Part shown: in pieces, positions 54,088 to 64,000 of the stretch
Layout: each line of letters begins with the position of its first letter
Numbering within the stretch: the stretch's first letter is position 1
Position numbers and translations under genes: made by a program
Assembly (NCBI GenBank): GCA_951406725.2
Contig: OX597822.1
Location: forward strand, 49,476,001 to 49,540,000
Direction: 5' to 3'
Source of the DNA: Octopus vulgaris
Lineage: Eukaryota
DNA: 64,000 nucleotides
The notes under the pieces: generated by a model
The model's input: only the letters and a program-made list of their open reading frames with translations
What the model was told of the DNA's origin: nothing
Database searches by the model: none

Positions 54088-54570
54088 AAAAGCTTAGCGG
54101 CATTTCATTTATCTTTATCTTCCGGCGAGGTAGATTTTACCTTTCATCCTTTCGGAGTCGATGAAATATCTACCAGTTGAACAGTGGGGTCGATATAATC
54201 GACTCGTCCCCTTTCCCAAAATTGCTGACCTTGTGAAACATTTCTGATTCCAAATTCCGGCGAGGTTGACTTTGTCTTGCATCCTTTCGGGGTCGATAAA
54301 TTGAGTGCAAGGGACTCACTATAGTCGATGTATTTGACTGGCCCCTCTACTCAAAACATTTCAGGCCTTGTGCCTTTAATAGGAAGGATTATTAAGGTGG
54401 CAAGCTGGTAGAATAGTTAGCAAGCAGGGCAAAATATTTAACGGTAGTTCGTCTGTCCTTACGTTTTGAGTTCAAATTCCTCCGAGGTTGACTTTGCCTG
54501 TTATTTATCGGGGTCGATGTAACCTACTAGCCACCTCCCCCAAAATGTCAGGCCATGTGTCTATTGGAGA
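54088..54570 (+). mobile_element. Cluster of about three SINE family A fragments in tandem
   Basis: Repeated ttccggcgagg..ctttc/catcctttcgg.gtcgat cores. Confidence 0.8.
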
Positions 54571-54571
54571 A

Positions 54572-54636
<65 letters not shown>

Positions 54637-54655
54637 CAATATCATTATCATTATT
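54572..54655. repeat. (ATT)n microsatellite, probable tail or target of the adjacent Dong-like element
   Basis: Seen directly. Confidence 0.95.
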
Positions 54656-54659
54656 TTTT

Positions 54660-55275
54660 TTTTCGTATAGGCACAACAGATTAAACTGTTGGAAAGGAGA
54701 AATTCCTAACATCGGACTACAACTAGTAACCTTAGATGACAAGAACCTTCGTAAGTACCATAGCTGTCCCAAATAACACTGTTTTTGAAGCTGAACTAAT
54801 CTAGGTTTTATGCCTATTTCCTCTATCCACCAGTTCATATCTTTAGGGATTGTTCCTAATACTAATAACTAAAGGGATACGTTTTACCCGAAGTTTTCAT
54901 AGCCTCCGTAACCCAAGCTTTGCTGTTTTCTCTATACCTCTCATATTGACTTTTTCGTTATTTGGTACTGTAAAGTCAATTATCTGGTACTTTCCATTCT
55001 TTTCCTCTTCTTCTGCTTCTAGCTTCTAGAAAGACCCACAACATCCGAAATATCTTAATTTCTAGCACTTTATTAGGTTCGTGTTCATACTATTTATCAG
55101 TAGAATCGAATCTTAGCTTTCTACCTTACTCCCGGTGGATTATTCTCCCTAGGTTGTCATGCCTTTTCTTGTATTCTTCCTGTGCCAGCTTGCTGTATTG
55201 ACTATACGAGAAAAATTTTGATATTTTTTATTTACATAACCTCCAATGGGAAGCTACCGGGATTTTGTCTATCTT
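54660..55275 (-). mobile_element. Dong/R4-like RLE non-LTR 3' fragment
   Basis: YQIIDFTVP, GTIPKD and LQKQCYLGQLWYLRRFL C-terminal motifs; ends next to (TAA)n. Confidence 0.7.
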
Positions 55276-56297
55276 ATATATATAATACTTTCTTTTGTAT
55301 GTGTATGTTATCTTGTGCGCTTTTTTATGAACATATATTATTTATAACGTTTTGTGTATATATAATACATGTGAATCATGAGAGTGGTTGAATTCTGTCG
55401 TAGATAACAGTGAGATCATTGAAATTTTGCATAGTAGCATTATATTAATTGAATCTCGTTTATTCTAGAGGCAGTGTCTGCGTCAAAGTATTGCTAATTT
55501 ATACAAAAGATCACAGGAACGAAATATTAATACAGACAGAAATACAAAGTATCTCATTTCACACAGTAGGAAAGACAGATTCGGACTGTAACTCTTCAAC
55601 AATGTAAATAATCATTATAGGCTAATGGCCAATGGAAGAAATAGAGCAAGATGATGTTTCCTAGCAGAGATGGAGTATAGTATTTTGTCAAGGAAAGAAA
55701 TATAAAGAAGCATGTTGGATAATGGCTTGTGGAATTAACAAAGCTGAATAATTAAACCGTATTGTTATGCCATACATATCTGTACAACCTCGCTTTTATC
55801 TATTTTAAAACCGAATCTGTTTCTTCGTGATTTATATACTTCACTATACATACACACACGCACACACATACATACATACACATCACAAAGACCATATTCT
55901 TGCATACTCTATGCATAAAGACACGCACTCATATTATACATACATCCATCACATTTCTCGGCCATTATCTCTATTGACTAAATATGCCTGACGTGATGAG
56001 ACAACATTCGGTTCTTTTACTTACGTCAGATATCCATCATATCACTTAATAGCATTTTTCAAGACGAAGAACAAACCTCAAAAGTCAAATTGTAATACGT
56101 TCCATCCGTACAGCATAAAATTAAATTACTCTGTTGTCTAGCTTATTAGCAACGTTTCGTTCGTTTCATCTTTTTGATAAACCCATACATACAAAAACAT
56201 GTGTGTCTATGTATGTATGTATGAATGTATGTATATGTGTATGTATGTATGCATGCATGCTTGTATATTTGTGTGTATACGTGCATGTATGTGAATA

Positions 56298-56582
56298 TAT
56301 CACAGTGACCGACCAGGCTATCAGATGTTACAATGCGCTTTGCATTGTTTTACCCTTCAAATGACGCCACCCCGCTGGCTAAGCGAGCAGGCCAACAGAA
56401 GAAAGAGTGAGAGAAAGTTGTGGCGAAAGAGTACAGCATGGTTCGCCCCCCCCCCTGCCGGAGCCTCGTGGAGCTTTAGGTGTTTTCGCTCAATAAACAC
56501 TCACAACGCCCGGTCTGGGAGTCGAAACCGCGATCATACAACCGCGAGTCCGCTGCTCCACCCACTGGGCCATTGCACCTCT
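56298..56582 (-). mobile_element. SINE related to family C with a different tail
   Basis: Head and body match 47330-47511. Confidence 0.85.
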
Positions 56583-56588
56583 ATAAAA

Positions 56589-56635
<47 letters not shown>

Positions 56636-57660
56636 CGTTAATATTAACATAAGCAATATGAATATTCATGGATGTGTATTTAGGCCGTAGTTCTAGATTG
56701 GTAACATGAGTAAAACGTTTCAAAACAAGGCAAACGCCTCACCACACTGTTGCACTTGCAAAGATTTTGGTCCAGAAGTGGAAATGCTGAAAAGTCACAG
56801 TCTACAGACTTAGTTTCTGTGGGACATGTGTTATTTAGAAATTGTATGTGTGTGTGTGTGTGTGCTTGTATATGCGTATGTTTGTGTGTGCGCATGCGAA
56901 CCGTGTGTATGTATGCTCGTGTATTAAACATTTGAAAATATATATTGTTTGTTTGGAACTGCATATTTCACCAGTCCTCTATAAATCTTTCATCCACGTT
57001 CGTATACTTTCGTTGTCTGATCTTCCAGAAGAAGTGACATTTGTCGGTATTTCTGTATCTTCCTAGTGGTTAGGGCTAATGTGATGGGGGTAACTACTAC
57101 AACTAGAAACACTGCACAAAATATTAGACTTGAGGAAATATCTCATGCTGAAAACTTAAAATATCAAATCAAATCTAAAATATTTGAAATAGGAATGTAC
57201 AGCAAAATGCTACAAGAGCGTTCAGATCTTCAACAAATGGCAACATAATTAGGTACAAACTTTCAAGGAAAGTTAAATGAGTGTAGACACCACTCGTCCT
57301 TATTTCTGAGAACATTATTTTCTTTTTTCTTGCTACAGAGATATTTTTCTGCATTTCCATTCCCTATAAATATAAAATAATTTTCAAATTCCCTTTACGA
57401 ATTGTAACATAAAAATGAGTTGCTGATATTCTATAAAAATTATTTGAAAAAGTCCATTAGAATAAGTAATTTTTCAATTTTATAAAATATATTGGCTCCA
57501 TTATTCTGGATTCTCTTGAAATTATTCTTGTGATTCACTTATTCTTTTACAATATTTCCAATCGCACAATATTGTATTTTATATATACATACATAAATAG
57601 ACACACACACACACACACACACATACACACACACACAAACACACATATATATATATATAC

Positions 57661-57728
<68 letters not shown>

Positions 57729-57932
57729 CTTTATCTCAATATATAAAACTGTATATATATATAACTTTATAATAAGAGCCAAAATTCTTCTTAAATACAA
57801 CTATCTAGGGTAGCTGTATTTAACAAGAATTGTGTTTTTTATTATATTGTCTTTACTCTCTTAGCAGACGAATGCTCTTCTACTTCTTGAAGTCTTAATA
57901 CATACTATATATATATATATGTATATATATAA

Positions 57933-58021
<89 letters not shown>

Positions 58022-58073
58022 TAAATGTATATATATATATATAAATGTATATATATATATATATATATATATA

Positions 58074-58141
<68 letters not shown>

Positions 58142-58151
58142 GTATGTGTGT

Positions 58152-58270
58152 GTGGCCATGCTGGATCACCGCCTTTAGTCGAAAAAGTCAATCTCAGGAA
58201 TTATTCTTTGTAAGCCCCGTACTTATTCTATTGGTTGTCAAGCGTTGATGGGGAGTAAAATACAAACACA
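58152..58270 (-). mobile_element. SINE family B fragment
   Basis: ggccatgctggatcaccgcctttagtcg. Confidence 0.8.
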
Positions 58271-58284
58271 CAAATATATATATG

Positions 58285-58378
<94 letters not shown>

Positions 58379-58419
58379 TGTGTGTGTCTGTGTGTGTGCG
58401 TGTGTAAAGATGAGAATAT

Positions 58420-58700
58420 GTGTCTGTCTGTCTGCGTGAAAGTCTAAAACTCGAGAACTACACAACCGATATCATTCAAATTTTATACGGGCCCATGTAG
58501 TCTCCTTGAAGTGTCATGGGCCCAAAAACGTTTCAACTTCTTGCCTAATGCGAGCCCACAGGAATCTGATATCTCTTACACTATTTCAGTATTATGTCTC
58601 AAAAGTGAAACAATATCTCACTATTGTAATATGAAATACTTTCAGTTTAATAGTTTCATTATTAATACTGAAACTATTAAAGTGAAACTATTATCTCACA
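58420..58700 (+). mobile_element. Helitron/Helentron-derived non-autonomous (HINE/DINE-like) fragment
   Basis: (ctgt)n followed by aactcgagaactacacaaccgatatcattcaaatttt, resembling DINE core motifs from memory; internal hairpins gggcccatg/catgggccc and 58640-58687. Confidence 0.5.
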
Positions 58701-58755
58701 TATATCTCACATATATACATGCATACACACGCATACATACATACATATATATATA

Positions 58756-59270
58756 TCCCTTTGTAAATACTGATAGTGCACTGATACGATTCCAGCTGAA
58801 GGAGATATTTTCCTGAGGTTACAAGCTACAGTAGCATCAACCCCTAAGGGTTAGCTGCTTTTAGGTGACAAATATACTGCATGATATCGTGCAGCTACTG
58901 TCTATACCTCACTCAGAGATTTATTATTGCTTGTTTCCACTTTATCGATATCAGTGACTTTTCGTCACTGGAAAAATTATATATATATATTTGCATTGAT
59001 AATCACTTCCCATCGCCAATCGGTGTTTGTCATATGCTGATAACGCATCACTACCCAGAAATTCGGGTCCGTGTGTATCACGTCAGGCTGCAGATGGGAA
59101 AGATGACTTCCCTTTCAAATACTGATAGGGCACAGAAAGGTTGTCAATAGCCAGCTGGAGGAGAAATCTCCCTGGGGCTACAAGCTAAAGTAGCATCAAC
59201 CCTTAAGGGTTAGCCACAATTCAGTGACAACTAAACTTCACTGTTTATACCTCGCCCCGAGATTTATTAT
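58756..59270 (+). repeat. ~1.5 tandem units of the ~350-bp structured element, inside (TA)n
   Basis: 58756-58927 is repeated at 59109-59270; both end in gagatttattat. Confidence 0.85.
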
Positions 59271-60054
59271 ATATATATATATAAATATATACACATACAC
59301 ATATGTATATATGTATATATGTGTATGTGTATGTACTTGTGCATACATAATATATATATCTCTATATGTGTTTGTGTGGTGGGGCGTGTATATATGACTG
59401 TGAGTTACGAATGGTTGTTTATTGAGATTGTTCGATCTTTCTTTATGTATATGGATATTGTTTAATGGCGATCACCATGTACTTGTTATGAACAATATAC
59501 TCAAGAATCACAATGTAAGTGTTGTTAGGCAACGAAATTTCTGTAGTGTCAAATCTTTTTGACATAACGTTGGGAAAGTTATACCACTTATTTTCACACA
59601 TTGATTTTGCTGTCATCTCTCGTGTATGAGAGGTTACAATAAAAATATCCTTCACTGGCAAGACATTTCTTTTTGTCCAGAATGTAAAACAAAATCACCT
59701 CTACCACGATTCTCTTCATCACTGACACATCTTTATCTAGCAGTCCCTATGTTTCATAGCTTTAGCCTACTGAAAGGCAGACTCTAACCCACCTTCGGTC
59801 AGTCATTCTTTAGCTGTATCTTATATTGTTGTTGCATTATTCTAGAGCCATCCCTATCAAACTGACATATAAGATATGTTCGTATGAGGATTGTCGCATC
59901 TTTATTTTCATGGTAATGTGTCTAGGAATATATCAACTTTGCTTTTTAAATGCGATCATACGTGATTTAAGGAAGGTTTTATTACTGCTTCTAGCAGGTT
60001 AAGCAAGCACGTAGAAGTTGCGTGGTTTCTCAGACTCTGGGTTTTCCTTGTATG

Positions 60055-61105
60055 AGTATATTTCTTGTCTTGAGACAGCATTCACCCGGGGTGGGTTGAG
60101 CTGGCTTCATTCATCCTCAATGCTGCATCTCTCACAAACGCCGACCAGACCTGGCGATTTGTGGCTAACGACCGCGTGATCTCCGACCACTCCCTATTCC
60201 AGCGGCGAACGCCGTAGATATGGGATCCTAGGTTGGGTTCCAGATCAGTCTTGACTGTCATCAGCCAGGTTTTTCGTTGTTCACCACATCGCTTTCGCCA
60301 ACCCTGAAGGGGAGCTGGGGCAATTGCTTCGTAGATGTATTCTCCTGGTTGACGACGGAGGGCATGACCCAGCCAACGCAGACGTCTCGTTAGGATGACT
60401 TGTCGGGGGGAGGTGATTTTGCACTGGTGTCGGACTGAATTGTTAGAGACAAAGTGATGCCATCGGACACGAAGGATGCGGCGTATGCAGAGGTGATCGA
60501 AGGATTCTAGTCGCTTAATATCTTCCACCCTCATCGGCCATGACTCGCTGCCGTAAAAGAGAATCGTCCACACTTGTACTTAGTAGATCCCTACTTTGGT
60601 AGTGCGTCGGATCTGAGATCTTGACCAGAGTCATGCATTGAGTCGGTTGAAAGTTTGGCGATTGAGGTCGTTTCGTGTTTTAGTGTCAGCCTCATCTTGA
60701 CCTGTGGCTGTAATGATGGCGCCAAGATATTTCGAACTCTCAACCTCTTCAAGAATATCACCATTGCGGACAATGGGTGTTTTATCTGGTGGGGCGAAAC
60801 CGGCTGTGAGGATTTTGGTCTTCGAGGCAATGACTTTCATACCAACCTGTGATGCAACACACTGGTGCTCATTGGTAGCAAACTGGACGTCAGCAAATGT
60901 TTCACCAAATATCGCAATGCCATCTGCGTAGTGTAGATTCTTGACAGAAAAGTTGTGACCAGCAGTGACACCGGTGAACTCCCTTAATGCATTTGTGGTG
61001 ATCTAGTCGATGGCGTAATTGAAAAGAGTCGGCGAAAGAACACGTCCTTGCCGAACGCCATATCGTATTTCAAAGGGATCCGACACTTCACCGTAAGAGT
61101 ACCTG
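60055..61105 (-). mobile_element. RTE-clade LINE, 5'-truncated
   Basis: QGRVLSPTLFNYAID, LHYADGIA, KTKIL, KYLGA, LFYGSESW, RRILRVRW and RRLRWLGHALRR. Confidence 0.92.
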
Positions 61106-61254
61106 GTCCTATGACCACTAAAGATAAATTAAACACACGACGAGTTTATCACGGGTTCAATATTTCAACGAATACTTCGATTTACATTTCTGAAATACAC
61201 TTAATTCTTATTGCAAATAAAATATGGACGGAAATATATTCTTTTCTACTCTAG

Positions 61255-61453
61255 ACATAAGACCCGAAATTTTGGGGGAGGGGCCAGTCTATTAGATCGA
61301 CCCCAGTAGGCAACTGGTACTTAATTTATCCACCCTGAAAGGATGAAAGGCAAAGTCGACCTCGGCGGAATTTGAACTCAAAAAGTAAAGACAGATGAAA
61401 TACCGCTAAGCATTTCGTCCTGCGTGCTAACGTTTCTGCCAACTCACCATCTT
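61255..61453 (-). mobile_element. SINE family A
   Basis: gaaaggatgaaaggcaaagtcgacctcggcggaatttgaactc. Confidence 0.9.
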
Positions 61454-62150
61454 ATGAACGGCAGTATATTGATTAAGAATTGATGGAAAGAGTAAACTGG
61501 ATTTACTATGACAAAACCGCTTTTGCTACAAATAAAATTAAATGGTTATTAAGATAACACGACTAGGATACTTTCTTTCAATGTTGATAGAAAAATGCTG
61601 TCAGCGAATCAGAAACAAATACCGGCTATCTTTTCTATCGTAGTTATCGAGAAAAATTATTCATATTCACTAAAATATGTAACTACTTGTTCAAATAGCG
61701 TCATAATTTAATAGATTATTCGAGTAAAAATGTGAAATGTCTTCATAAATTGAGAATAAACAAAATGGAAGAAAAGCACATGTATTTTTGTCTCATGCAA
61801 GGTAATGAAACTGGATTGTTAAAGAACGCCTACGTTGACTGAATGTCGAATTTCGTTTTAAAAAGCAAACATACAGCGGGGATAATTAATTCGTTACGGA
61901 TACACAATTTTAGATTTTTCCTGAATCTATTTCAGTGTGAATCGTGCACGTAGATTGCAAATAAAATCTACTTAAAGCAAATTAAATGCTACTAAAATTA
62001 CAAAATCAATATAGTATTTTTTAACTAGTAAAGCTGTGTTAGAATGACAGAAAATGTACAGTATTTCCTCTACACTTTGTGTTCAATTATTGCGCGAGTC
62101 AAATTTCTCCGCCATTCACTTGAGAAATCGATAAAATACCAGTTGTGTGC

Positions 62151-64000
62151 TGTGGTAGATACACCCAACTATAACTCGCCCCTTAAGCATATTTTCCTTG
62201 TCTTAGTGTATAACATTTGTTTGTAATAAGACAACCAATAGTTTTTCTGCTCGTGAACGTGACGTTCAAGCTGTTGCGTCCCTGGAAGTCAGTCCTTCTC
62301 TGTGCGTTCGCGTTCGGGTTGTTTGCCTGACAGACAGTTTTGCTTTTGTCAATTGTTATAATATAACTCTTATCCAAGTAAAGGAGTTACGAGTTCTTCT
62401 ACGTTGGAATCTAGTGGGTTATATTGTATTAGTTTAGCACTCAAAGCTCAAATTGCAAATACAATTATATTTACAACAACGGCGACGTGAACGGATTAAA
62501 ATTGTTATGTTTTATGAGCAAATAGAAACGGTTCTCGAAAGCCAACTGAAACATTTTGAGGCGGCAGAGTTTAGCCTTATTGAATTACTTACCCAAAACT
62601 TATCTATCAACTAAAATATTAACACATCTATAGCAGCTTCAAATTTCAATTACCCAATTTTCCGATATTACTTTTGATTCATGGTTTATACGTTTTGAAG
62701 ATATGTTTTCCGTTCACTGTTCGAATCTTGACAATGAGACCAAAGTTTGATTTGTTATTAACCAAGTTCGGAACGCTAAATAGATCAACTATAAACTACC
62801 AAAAATCCTCGAGACATCGATTTCAATAAGACAGTTGAAATACTTCAGATTATCTGTGCGAACCCATTTTTGCTTAACTTTAGATACAATTGTTTTCAAA
62901 CTGTCAAGTCCAATGCGAACATTTCAATTTGAATTCTGTAACTCATAATCAATTTAAATTATTACTCTCCGTTGTTGTTCTACAATCACCGTCGGATGCA
63001 GACCTTCGTACAAAACTGTTATAACAATTAAGACTACAGTGAAGAGTGCTAAAATTAATAAACTTGAAATACAATATGAAAATATTTGAAATAATATGAA
63101 ATGTTTAACAACAAGTTAACAAGTTTAGAGTCAGTAAATCAAGTGAAAACTAATCTTAATCCATTACCTATTGCCAGAAAGAGAAATTCCGGTCCGCTCC
63201 AGCTATGCTGATTTTGCGATGCAAGAAATAGAAAGTGTTGCCCTTACAAGCAACAGACTACTATTTATGTCAGTTTTAAAGTGAACTCTCAAATTTAATG
63301 CGCAAGTATTTAATTGTTTCAATAGATGGTATTCCAGTTAAATTACTGTTAGACACAGCATCTGATATCACGTTGATTTCTCGCAAAATTTGGAAGCATC
63401 TTGCCCACAGATAGCTGAGACGGATCACACTGCGAAGAATGCATTAGATGATAATTTAAACCACATTGGTTGGATTAAGAATAAGTTACAGTTTGATTCA
63501 AATCCTTTTAATGGAACTTATTATTTGGCAAATCGATATGGTTTAGATTGGATTACTGAAGTGGACTGATGCAGTAAACCAGTGGACTCAATTAGCTTAC
63601 ATTCATACACTTCGAGTGGTCCTATCAATCGTTCCTTTCAAGATATATCATCTGACGCTTTTTACCCTTTTAGAGAAGGAAAAATATCCACCCGTTTTCA
63701 AAGAGTCGTTGGGGCGTTGCAAGTTATACAAAGCAAGTTATACAAAACAAGTCTGATTTAAAGCGTGTATGTAGGTCTCGCAAACCAGTTCCATATGCAG
63801 TTCAATCCAAGGTTGACAAAGAGTAAAACCAACTTGTACAATTAAACATAAAAGACCTGTTAACTCTTCAACTTGGCTAGCACCAATTACGGTAGTTTGG
63901 AAAAAGCAAATGGTTTCATTAGCCTTTGCGAAGATTTTTCGACTAGATTTCATGAAGCTTTTAGATCACCCCTACCCGCTACCTAATCCTGAGAACATTT
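62151..64000 (+). mobile_element. Gypsy (K02A2.6-like) LTR retrotransposon, decayed: putative 5' LTR 62151-62478, PBS, gag, protease, start of RT
   Basis: TG...ACA then ggcgacg (PBS-like); FDSWFIRFEDMF..LDNETKV (gag); IDGIPVKLLLDTASDITLIS (protease); GLDWI, PVPYA and WLAPITVV. Confidence 0.85.

Noticed and set aside
56743-56786. Possible 44-nt minus-strand exon (ttttcag|...|gtgagg)
   Set aside because: Splice-like signals alone are expected by chance; there is no recognisable peptide or partner exon. RNA-seq would be needed.
59100-59150. SECIS-like ATGA..AAA hairpin, and twister- or HDV-like words in the 350-bp family
   Set aside because: The GA quartet, twister pseudoknots and HDV P1/P1.1 pairings could not be built by eye.

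Overview
AT-rich eukaryotic intergenic or intronic DNA, dense in microsatellites and transposon debris. The SINE families and repeat landscape look like a coleoid cephalopod (Octopus-like) genome; this is an inference. No host protein-coding gene can be supported, and almost all listed ORFs are microsatellite read-throughs. Recognisable elements: a decayed DD36E Tc1 transposon, two mariner-superfamily fragments, a hAT-like MITE, a Helitron/HINE-like fragment, three Gypsy remnants (one with Gmr1-like PR-before-INT order), three R4/Dong-like RLE non-LTR remnants in (TACA)n or (TAA)n, RTE and CR1/L2-group LINE ends, about 20 tRNA-derived SINE copies of 3-4 families, and many Penelope-like element (PLE) fragments. 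The most striking signal is a recurring set of long fold-back palindromes (10978-11566, 16570-16786, 33670-34100, 36761-36926, 41313-41561) built from PLE pLTR-type 3' ends. They point outward, mostly into (TA)n, and are centred in or near type I hammerhead ribozyme motifs; a complete hammerhead is present on both strands at 33731-33815 and 33955-34039. A second signal is a ~350-bp structured, circularly permuted or tandem (TA)n-anchored element (50655-51239, 58756-59270, 21105-21200) that behaves like a retrozyme but has no recognisable hammerhead. Coordinates were counted by eye and may be off by a few bases.
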